Assembly: GCA_050575255.1 (NCBI GenBank)
Contig: JBNZDD010013721.1
Coordinates: forward strand, 3,681,907 to 3,745,906
DNA: 64,000 bases
Source: Harriotta raleighana
Taxonomy: Eukaryota
Reading direction: 5' to 3'
The position numbers and the translations under genes were made by a program. Positions within the stretch are counted from its first letter, which is position 1, and the number at the start of each line of letters is the position of its first letter. Positions 49,981 through 61,052 of the stretch are shown piece by piece. Under the pieces are notes generated by a model. That model was given only the letters and a program-made list of their open reading frames with translations, did no database searches and was not told the origin of the DNA.

Positions 49981-51797
49981 GCAAACATGAACTTATCTCT
50001 GAATACAAATTATTTGAATTAGGATCTCTGTCTCCTTAATAGTGATATTTTTGGGAGACTCCAAATTGCAACAATAGTTAGAGAAGCCTGCAGAATGAGC
50101 TTCTGAATAATTAGCATTTAAATAGGTAGACTAAGAAGGAATTTTAAGGAATTAAGTGATTCTTAAAGAACTTTGTTACCTCTCTACATCTGAGAGAAAA
50201 CTTGGAAAATTTAAAACGGAGCATTTGAAAATGATTATTTTTAGCTTCTTTTGACAAAATAATGGTTTCATTTTTAATTATAATTTCACACCAACGTGAA
50301 AATAGATTTGCCTGGATGAGTGTGGCGAATCCTAATGTTTCAAAAGCATATGCCTGCATTGCCAAATTGCCACTTAAATATCTCTGAATGCAAATATGAT
50401 TTTTTTCATAAATCACACAATGTCATTTGCCATGTGCTTACAGACAATAGTTCCTGAGGGCGATCAGTTATGCTGGAATATAAACAAACAATTGTCCAGC
50501 ATGTTAGCCAAGATTATATCAAGTTAATTATTGTAACATTCTGTAGTGGGTCCAAGCCTTTGATCTGTTTGGTGGAATTGGAACAGTCCAACATCTGTCC
50601 TGTTTTATTGTTATATTCTGGACTACACATTTGGCTACATGGCCAAGGCTTGATGGTTAGGCCTTTACTGAGCCCTATTCCAAGCAGCAGTGAATTGGTT
50701 AAACTGCAACTCTCTGCCCTGTGCTCTTGGTGGTGTCTCCATAGCTGGCTGTACTGGATTAGCTCAGTGCACACACATCGATCGTTTGACTTCTCATGTG
50801 TCCTGTGTTTGCTAACCCAATCTCCATTCAATTTGTCCCGCTGTTCAGTCGTGTTACTAAGTAATTGTCAAGTTTATCAGTGGGAGTTGTCCACTGACTG
50901 GCATCAGTTTGACAGAATACACGCCTCTCAAAAAGAGAAACACACTGGAAATTTAGGCAGGGTGCTTTTTTAATCTTGTGTCAGTTTTACAAGTGCAGTG
51001 ACATAATGAAAACATTGGGCTTCAAAAGTGTTAAATGTAAAACAAACTGTATATTTGACCTTTGCTATATTTTACGAAGGGAAACGCCTGCCTTAAATTA
51101 TTCCCCCTAATAGAATGTGGAAAGCAATGAAGAACTTCAAATATTGTTCATCTTTTAATTAGCAAGTATTCTGAGTTTTTTTTAAAAAAAAGGTCACATT
51201 CTAGTGCTCGTTGAGCAAATATTCAGTATCTGCTCTTGTTGATCTATTATTGGATCATATTAAAATTATTGGGTCATCTCGCAACGGTGACAATGATCTT
51301 TCTAAGACAGCCCAGCACAATAAGATAGAGTTATCAAATAAATCAATAGCAAAATACAGCGCTATTAAGATACCAACTCCCAGCATAGTGCAATACTTTA
51401 GGAATAGTAAGCTTTTTAAAAAAAAAAGCATAGGACAAATGCGAACAGTTGAGTTCCTAAGTGTTCCAATATCCCCAATGATTATATTTTGACTCCCAGG
51501 TTGGTTTTAAAATTTATTATTGTGAGAATTGGATTTTATTTCTCTAAAACCTCATAAATTATCACTTAAGGTGGAGCCTTTTGAAAACTCAACTAAAAAA
51601 ACAACTAAATAAGGGGTTTGATAAAAGAAGAAAAATTGCTTCATCCCAGGAAATAAATTAAATGATTCATGGTATGATGGCTACCTTTATTGCTGGCCAA
51701 CATCAGGGAATAAATATTCACCAAACCCTGTGTGCTCCAATTGGGTAATGTGCAGATTCTCTCCAAGCCAAACCACATTTGATTTAGAAAAGTATTT

Positions 51798-51992
51798 AAA
51801 CACAGAAGTTGCTGAGAACACGCAGCAGGTCAGGCAACATCTATGGAGAGAGGAAAATTAGTTCTGACCTATATCTGAAACGTTAACTCGTTTTCCTCTC
51901 TCCATAGATGCTGCCTGACCTGCTGCGTGGTCCCAGCGACCCTTGTGTTTGTACCACATTTCCAGCGTCTGCAGTACTGCACTTTTGTCTTT
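51798..51992. mobile_element. Fold-back Penelope-like remnant (inverted arms 51798-51863 and 51885-51950)
   Basis: The core of arm 1 (51819-51857) equals the reverse complement of 51891-51929 at 38 of 39 positions. The loop is CTGAcctatatctGAAACGTT. The right arm is homologous to 6662-6727. Confidence 0.7.
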
Positions 51993-53311
51993 TGATTTGG
52001 AAGAGTATAGAGTGAGAATTGAGCAATGCGATGAATGAGCTCATTGTCCCTCAGCTATCAGATCTGGATTGAAAATTGAAATCTAACCCACATGGATGGG
52101 ATGAAATCTATTTTCTCTTTCTCTCTCTGTTTGCAGTAAGTGCACTACTAAAAAAAAATCAGTTTGATTCACTCAGCTCATTTCTATTGAGACTTGAATC
52201 TAAAAACACCAAACCATCCCTAATCGAGTACATGTCCAACCCATGACTTTCCCCCTAATTGGGGGGCGGGGAGAGGAGGGTGAGCAGGCTCTGCTTGGAT
52301 GTCGGAATCGAGTCCATCATCTTTGATAGTCTCAGTCATCCACTAGCTAAGCCAGACAGGAACCCAATGCTTCAAGCCACTGCTGATGACAGGCCAGCCT
52401 GGCCTGTTGACTGAATTTCGAGGACAGAACCATCACAGGGTCTTTTTTCCACCCCAATACCTGTATCAAGGTCCTACCTCTCTTTTAAATCCTCTGTATA
52501 TTCAATTTCTCTTACAAATAATTCATCGAAATTTAGATTTGTTTATATCACATCCCAAAAAAATCATCATTTCAGGTCATCCTGGGAACTGCTGATAATA
52601 AATGAAGATATTAAGCTCAACAGAAAGGCTTCGGAATTACCTAGAAAAATCCGTGCAAAGTAGAACATGCAACTAAGAGACCAATCTATTATTGTTAATT
52701 ATAACAGTGGAATTATTTGCATTGCAATCTCATGTGTACTCATGGCATCGAATTCTGGAAGGAATATTTGTATGTTTGTGAAACACTAAACGAAACAAAA
52801 AGCTTCTAAACAAAAAGTATTCTAAATTAGCACACAAATCAGTATCTCATTCTCGTCTCCGTATAAGGTACTAACCTTTCATAGCAATCAGGATATTCCA
52901 ATAACATCAACCAATGTGACAAGTTTCCACCGCTTTTATACATATTAAAAATGTATTCAGTAACAAAAACCTTCTAGATGTTTCGTAGATGAAATAATTA
53001 AAGTGACTGTTAAAAAAAAATGCTCCTTTAACAATTCCTACGCTGATATGTTTTCCAAGTATTCGAGACACACGGGAAAAAAAAGTATTTCCTGGAAACA
53101 AATATTTCTCAAATCAAATGTACAAACATTACAGATCATCCCCAAATTCATTAAATCACATTAACACTCAAGGCGTCAGTTTAGCAATCTGGAGGAGCAC
53201 TGTTATCCAATACTACTCACTCACAGGTGCGGCCACGACCATTTCAGTCACAGGTATCATTTTATGAAAGAAAACGCCGCGTTGCTGAGTAAACAGGCGT
53301 CACAGTCAGGA

Positions 53312-53402
53312 CAATTGTCCAACCTTTCACCCTGCCCAGGAACCGAACCCTGGTCCTCTTGTAAGGCGAATGCTCCAACCACTGAGCTGCAGGACTCCAC
53401 AG
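53312..53402 (-). mobile_element. SINE tRNA-like head fragment
   Basis: The - strand reads gtggagtcctgcagctcagtggttggagcattcgccttacaagaggaccagggttcggttcctgggcagggtgaaagg, with A and B boxes. Confidence 0.75.
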
Positions 53403-53651
53403 CTACACCAGTTGTCCACCTGCTTTTAAATTACTGCAACCTCCACATTGCTTTCCAATAGGTGAAACATAGCATTACAATAATGCTCCACAAGTCTCAC
53501 ATTTAACTGGCATCTCTATTAAACTCTCTGAGATGCCAATAAAACACACGTTGTCCCGCCTAGTATTAAAAAGCCTTAACGAACAACCAAAACGACTTTG
53601 CAACCTTTAAACTTGAATTGCAATTGAATGTTATTTCGCACACCTTACGTT

Positions 53652-53989
53652 TATAATAATAATAGTGATTATAATACTAATCCTTGTATTTGATATAGCG
53701 CTTTTCATGTCTTATCGACGTCTCAAATCGCTTCACAGAATATACTGTAAAGTGAATTGACTGTATATTTGTGGGCGAAAATGTGGCAGCCAATTGCGCA
53801 CAGCAGCGTCCCATAAAAGGTCGTGGATTGAAATGATTAGTTTTATTATCGTGGGTTTGTTTGGGACAGATTGTTATTCGGGATGTGGAGTAAGAAAACT
53901 TGTCCATGGTTTCACCCTGATCTGCCTGGGTTCGAACATAAGTCTCACGCTTGTAAGACGCTCTAACCACCGAGCAACAGGATTTCCAC
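53652..53989 (-). mobile_element. Short-type tRNA-derived SINE, full length
   Basis: The - strand head is gtggaaatcctgttgctcggtggttagagcgtcttacaagcgtgagacttatgttcgaacccagg, followed by a complete body and tail. Confidence 0.92.
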
Positions 53990-54691
53990 TATTATACCAC
54001 CATTGGACATATCTTGCTTAAGAAATCTAAGATATTCTGACCCAGATGTTCTGATGTAAATCAACTTATTATCGACCTACGTTCGGTGGATGAAATATTA
54101 TTTGGAATAATAATCTGGCCAATATGTTATGAGTGTCCCAGCTATATTGCAAAAACGAGAACAAATCTAAAAATTAATCCTGGTTAGGGATTTTTTAAAT
54201 AAAAAAACTACTTTACTCTATTTCAAGGGAGAGCGAGAAATCCCTTGCATTTGTCAATCAACAACTAAAACTACATTGAAGATGTGAATCTAAAGTTTTC
54301 TTTTTAAAATGTTCATATAATATAAAACCAATTGTCCCTAGTTTTAAAAAAAGGTGATATTTCCTTTTTAAATTTGATGTATAAATCCTTTACAATAATC
54401 TCCCTTTAATATCCCCCAACCTGTGTTCATGACTTACCCTTTATAACATAATTAACGCGTTTTTTTCTCAGAAAACGGTAGCTCGAATGTTAGTCAAATC
54501 ATCTGCCGTCTCAAACGAAGGTAAAACAAAGCACAAATTTTACGAAGAGATTAAAACCATCATTAGTGTTATTCAGTCCTTGTAGATATTTGTATAGTTT
54601 TGTATTTCACAGGGCTAAATAGAAATGGTTTAAAAGCCACGGATCTTTGCAACCACAGAGCAGTGGGGTTATAATAATAACACAGCACTAC

Positions 54692-54843
54692 GAATAATAA
54701 TTCTTGCATTTGATATAGCGCTTTTCGTGTCTTCTAGACGTCTCAAAGCGCTTCACGTCCTGTAAAGTGAATGAACGTGTTCAGTTGTGGGCGAAATTCG
54801 GTAGCCAATTGCGCACAGCAGCGTCCCCACAAACAGTCATGGT
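54692..54843 (-). mobile_element. SINE 3' half
   Basis: Family tail and body with CpGs retained. Confidence 0.88.
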
Positions 54844-55579
54844 TTATGGCCAGTCTATCCCTGGCGATCACAGAATAAAAGTCAGCAGCTGAGACGTGAT
54901 ATTTCTTAGGCTCATTAATCGTGACAGATTTCACAAATTCTGGTCATATTTTGTCGTCGTCGTGTCGAAATTGACTTATTGAGTGGTTGAAGCGGCATTG
55001 CTGTTCTGTTTCTACTGTAGCAGAAATGTACCTGGCTTGGGGAGAGCGGGAGTGGGGGGGTTTATAAGTGAATGTTGCACTTTGTGATGTCCTCCCGGTG
55101 TGAAAAGAGCGACACGGTGTCTAATAGCGTGCGTTGTTATTGTATTCGGAGATTGTGTACTTTATAAAGCGCTTGATGTCATTCATTATATTTCTGCTGT
55201 CTCTCTGTGTAAACTTTTCACTTTTACTTGTGCTCAGTTTAGACTTCAAACCTGAACCCCACATTTGGAGCCCAAATGTGCAGATATCGATCACCGCTCG
55301 TGTTTAATAATCATTTTACAATAGAGTCGGTACAAAGAGAGACAAACCATTGATTGTAAACTACCCACCAGGGAACGACAGTGAGGTTCGGTTTGAGCTG
55401 TGTGTTCTGAATGAACTGAAGAAGCGAGTGAACGAAAAGAAGCTGTTTTAATTGATAAAAATAAATAGACAATACACATCTTAACTGCTGGAGTTTGGAA
55501 CGGGTTTAACAGAAACTCAAGTGCAGCCTTTACAGAACTGCCCGTTTCAATTGTACCGTTCAGTGGCAATGTTACAGCC

Positions 55580-55795
55580 ATAATAATGATAATAATAATA
55601 ATCCTTGCATTTGATAAAGCGCTGTTCACGTCGTCTAGACGTCTCAAAGCGCTTCACAGACTGTACGGTAAAGTGAATATGACTGTATATTTGTGGGCGA
55701 AACGTGGCAGTCAATTTGCGCACAGCAGAGTCCCACAAACAGTCGTAGCTTGAAATGATCTACTTATTATAGTTTTTCTTGAGGGATTATTATCA
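55580..55795 (-). mobile_element. SINE 3' two-thirds
   Basis: Family tail and body with CpGs retained. Confidence 0.9.
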
Positions 55796-57961
55796 TTCAG
55801 CCATGCAATCCGTTTGCAATCCAATGCAGAAGTTCATTTCAAGGATTCACACCCGATTCGATTGACTTGAGTGTCAATAAATTGGGTAGAGTTTAAATAA
55901 CGGTGTTATCGCTATCGATTTCAAGTTTAGTTTAATTCTAAATAAAACGAATCGTGGAAGGTGAGTTACTTGATGATTTTGATCACGTTAGACCGATCCC
56001 TGTTCCTACATCAACTACAAGGATTATTATTATTCATGGAACAAAAACAACAATCCCCACAGAATACCGAAATAGTATTTTGTCAGAATTTTTGTGATCA
56101 ATATTCGTATGAATTAATAATGCTGTGAAATCGGAGACAGTATATTTGTATAGCCCTGGAATGAATGAGAGATGGCATATCACATTAACTATACTTACTT
56201 TCCGATATCAGTGCCTCGAGTAAAATTGCACGTCTGGTGGAATTATATTTTGAGACTTAATAAACGTGTTTACAAATCCTTATCGATTCGACTTGCGAGT
56301 AATATCAGTGGTTTAAAAAGCCATTACCAAACCTCATCAAATCAGTTGTCTAAAAGGCCCTGGCGTATTGCAAAGGACTGAGTCTCTAAACAGAGCAAAG
56401 CAATCTCTTCACCACCCGAATCTATTGGATCCTGATTGAGCGAGATGTGAGTGAAATCCGCAACATTCATTTCACGTGTTAACGTAAGTTGGCAATAATT
56501 GAAACGCTACATGTGTGTTTTAGTGATATACCTCCCTCTCTTTTCATTAATTTCGTTAAACCGATTTATTCCGCACAGCATTACCAAAGCCAGGGATCCT
56601 ACACTACACTGATGAGAATCGATTTCTTCACTAAATCGTGAGACAAAATGCGAGAAGGAAATTTCTCCCGAAGCACAGAGCTATGAAATCCCCCCCCCCC
56701 TCCCACCCCAGTCTAAGTACAAAAATAAAATCAAAAATAATAAGTTTTCATTTTAATTTAGAAATGTAAAAAGACAAATTTCTCCCCACCTTCTCCCCCT
56801 TCCATTCACCCCAATCCCATCCAAATTTCCCAAACAAATTTCGCGTAAATTCTGCTCATGTCGTTCATTAAACATTCATTAGAAATCGGCCACACTGAAG
56901 ACCCTTAAAACTTAAAACCCTGAAATTCGGATTCGGATAACAATATTACTCTGTTTTCTTCTTTGCATATATTTTGCATTTATTCCGTTTAATAGCCGTA
57001 CCATTATTTTAATTGTGATTATTATGACTCAAATATCTAAGATGTTAGGGTGTGTAGTTTGCTGTGTGTGGTGGCGGTCAGGCCGAATTAAGTTAAGGAT
57101 TGCGTTTGAAATATTACTGCCAAGGGCATAACGAAAGCCGGGATTTATTTGGTATTAAAACGGTGTTGTGCTGTGATATCTGTGGCTACTACAGTATTTA
57201 CCCACTTAGGATTACTCTGATAAAAGTATATGTTATGTATTTTGTGAGGATGGAGAGGGGGGTTGTTGAAAGACAGCCTTTTAAGTGAGGTGCAGCCTTG
57301 TTTTATGGATGTTCAATAATAACAATCCAGCTATCCCTCTTGATAGACCGTTGTATATGCTTTGCTTTCAGATTTTAATGGCGAAGCCCCGCTACACCCC
57401 CCCTCCTCGGAGCTCCGACATCTCTATCGAGTTTTATGACTCAAATATCTAACCAAATCAGAGGATGTGGGAGAGAATTGGGTAGGAAACAAGTTCTGAG
57501 CCGCGCCATCAAGTCTGTATGGACGAAACTAACCCTCTTGCCAATCACTACTTTTATTTTATGTTATATTATAAAATCTTAATCTCTCTGCGCATTACAT
57601 CTTTACCCTTCCCTAATAGGAAGCTCCCCCCCCCCCCGCCCCCCCCACCCCTCCAAAAAAAAAGAAAATATCGAGACAAGAATACCCACCCCGAACCCGG
57701 CTCAATTTCACAGCGTTTGGGAAACAGGTTGAGAAAGAATGTGATTCTACTGAACGAGTTTGGAGCCCAAAAGGTTTCATCTTAAAATGTTGTATGGGAG
57801 GACACTGTTTGAAGCCGAGATAGAGAGATGCACAGATAGACATGATGATTGGCGTATAATTCTCTTTATTGAATAAATCGAGCTGTATTCATTGTTTGTG
57901 GCGACCCTTGGTATTTCTCTGTGGTGTGTTTGTATATGTATTTGTGTGTCTGCGTGTATGT

Positions 57962-58003
57962 GGGGAGGGGGGAGGGGGGGGGGGGGAGGGGCGGGGAGAG
58001 GGG
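57962..58003 (+). repeat. G-run tract (potential G-quadruplex)
   Basis: Six or more closely spaced runs of >=4 G. Similar tracts occur at 59620-59668 (+), 39385-39444 (-) and 57625-57651 (-). Confidence 0.75.
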
Positions 58004-58116
58004 AAATTTCCCAGCAATTGAATACAATTTTTTTTAAATTGTCTACAAAAGCAGTGACTAAATTGTCACAATACAATCACTAGATGACCTAGAAATATAC
58101 AAATATTTGTATCTCC

Positions 58117-58222
58117 TACAAATATACAGTCAATTCACTTTACAGTATCTTCTATGACGCGCTTCCAGGCGCCTAGAAGACGCAAAACGCGCTATATCAA
58201 TTGCAAGGATTATTATAATAAG
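58117..58222 (+). mobile_element. SINE 3' fragment
   Basis: acaaatatacagtcaattcactttacagtat...cgctatatcaattgcaaggattatta. Confidence 0.85.
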
Positions 58223-60796
58223 TAGTTGTAGTGGTATTATAAGAGACTTTTGGTTAGAGACTTTTAGTTGAGGCGTTAAAGCAAACGTAATTCTTATTTT
58301 ACAGTGAGCATGTACATGACTGGAGTCTGGAGTTTTATTGAGACATTTGCAAACTAGGAACCAGAATAACCCGCCTAACCAACTGACTTGGTTCACTTTG
58401 CCAAACACACAGCCAGGGTCCGGTTACCATATTACTGTATTTCAGAAGTAGGAAGAGGGTTTTTTGCTGTCGTTTTTCTTACACAATAGGTGCTTGTATG
58501 CAAATATTTCTCACAAGTCACAGATACACACACACAGAGACACACACACATACGCCTTCCTCTCCGGCTTTTCTTTATACCGGTTTCAATTATTGATAAC
58601 GCAGTGCGATTGGAAAATAGCCACAAAGCCCAAAAGAGATGGGTCACTGGACCGTAAAATAGGGCTATACAGATACACACACACACACACGCGCACAGAT
58701 AAAGCTTTCGGGTAAAGTTTGCTTAAATTAATATCATGTAAAGTGAGAAAAAAATATATTCAATGGTGTGTTTGTGTGTGTGGATGGGATTGGGTTAGTG
58801 ATATCCGTGGGGATATAAGATCTAAACTGTTATGATTTCAGCTAAGCCACAGTGAAGTTAAAGCAGAGTGTTACACCCTGCACATTACTGCCTTGTGTGT
58901 ATCACATCAGTGAACTAAATTAGCTGTTGGTTCATGTTATGAAAGGCCAGTGGGAGAGATTGCATCAGGTCTTTTGGAAGACTTTCTATATTTGTCACTT
59001 AGACAATTACTCAGTCGTCACCTTCTTGCCTGGAACGGTTTTGTGACAATCTCACCATAAGCATCGACTATAAGCAAGCTTTAAATAACCCGATATAATA
59101 TTGGGAGAAATTACCTGGGTCTGATCTGTTGAGCATGTCTCTGAAGTGGCATCATTATCATCTATTAATAAATAATCATTGGCTACCGCTCTCTATCAGA
59201 CTTTGGACGCAATAAAACTATCGCTAAAGTAAACTTTTTGGTAAGTAAACAACCATCGGAGACTAACGGGTTTCTAAATCTGATCATGAAGAGAAACAAA
59301 TCGTTTCGATATTAATCTACACGAAGGGGTGCAATTGTCTCATCAAAACCGCACTCGCTTCGCAAAATATCGGCCCTTTTTAATCCAGTTGTTTCATTTG
59401 AATGTATTTAAATCAGTTGTTTCCCTGAATTACCTCTATCTAACCTATCATTCCCGTCTGTCGTGTGGGTTTACAGTATAGAAAAGGCATGGGTCGTCGT
59501 TTTGGCTAATGTAATTCTTATTAATAATTTGAACTGCTTTGATGAAATTTCACTCAATATTACCTCTCTTTTTTTTGCCCGATTTCCTATAGGCATAATA
59601 TCAAATTGTGTGTTTGTGTGGGGGGAGGGGTGGGGGGTGGGAGCGGCGGGGAGGGGGCTGGTAGGGGCGAGGAGTTGGGTCTACATCTTTCTTGGATCCA
59701 AACTCGACATCAAAACCAAAGGCTTTCCAGATATTTTAGAAAATCATGTGTAATTTCTCAGAGGGCGTGCTCTGTTGTAGCAGAAAAGTGACTTGAGTTT
59801 CACTCCAGCCAGTGGAAATATGACCATTTTAGACATTCCCTGGAGTGTGTCCAGGGAGATTCCAACCCAAAAGGTGAAATACAGTGGATTCAAGTTATTT
59901 TTAACTGCATTTATCTGTCTGAACTCTCCACACAACTTATGTAAAGTGAATTCGCAAATTGCTTATATATAATATATTATACATATGTGTATTTTATATG
60001 TATATGTATAACATTTTCACCAAATCAGTTCAGGATATTAATTAAAAAATAACATTAGCCATCACGATCCATGGTTTTTAAACATTATAAACCTATAAGA
60101 AAGTTAAGGAGTAATATGTTGCTTTCAAAGACATTTCCTTTACAAATTTACAATGGTCCACGCATTTCAATCCACATTCAATTTACAAGACTATTATAGC
60201 AGGCAGTTGGCAATACTATAATGAAATTGTCTTTGAAATGAGTTTCTGTCTTATTTTTATGAATTGGACAATTGCCTGAATTTTTTTGTGTGTGTGGGGT
60301 GGGGGTGGGGCTATTTCAACATTGCAGCATTGAAAAAATAGCCTAATTTATAAGAAGAATCATGTCCCATATCCAGCTCAGTGAGTCCCACGCAAACAGC
60401 GAGACCTCACACAGCGACAGACACGGAAGTTTCATTGATCAATCCAGAGTGTGCGAGTTGGGAGCTGTTCTGAGAGTGAGACCCACTCTAGGAAACCTAT
60501 AGGGCAATGAATGGATTTTACAGATAATCTAGAGATTATTCTAGATTTACAGACGGTATCTAACAACACGAAACTGTACAAATACTACAGAAGCTAAGTC
60601 AGATAATAGCGAAGTCTCTTTTACAGACACCATCAGGGTCACTCCCCACCCCCAACTCCCCCACCCCAACCCCCGTCCTCCATAGAGACAAATAGAATGA
60701 AAGAAACCGTGAATCCATAAAACGAAAGGAATGAGGTTTCAAGCAAAACATAAAATATATACACATTATGTTTTGAATGACTCTCTCTCTCCCCCC

Positions 60797-61021
60797 NNNN
60801 NNNNNNNNNNNNNNNNNNNNNNNNNNNNNNNNNNNNNNNNNNNNNNNNNNNNNNNNNNNNNNNNNNNNNNNNNNNNNNNNNNNNNNNNNNNNNNNNNNNN
60901 NNNNNNNNNNNNNNNNNNNNNNNNNNNNNNNNNNNNNNNNNNNNNNNNNNNNNNNNNNNNNNNNNNNNNNNNNNNNNNNNNNNNNNNNNNNNNNNNNNNN
61001 NNNNNNNNNNNNNNNNNNNNN
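60797..61021. other. Assembly gap (225 N) flanked by poly-C
   Basis: N run with C6 on the left and C30 on the right. Confidence 0.99.

Positions 61022-61052
<31 letters not shown>

Noticed and set aside
53900-53989. tRNA genes (also 40285-40335, 53312-53402 and the lone ggttcgatacc at ~23995)
   Set aside because: The A/B boxes belong to SINE heads that run into the SINE body, or are isolated. No full cloverleaf or poly-T terminator.
58097-58112. Perfect 16-bp palindrome atacaaatatttgtat (and near-palindromes at ~36094-36130 and ~60524-60540)
   Set aside because: Short and AT-rich. The first abuts a SINE truncation junction and is most simply a junction by-product.
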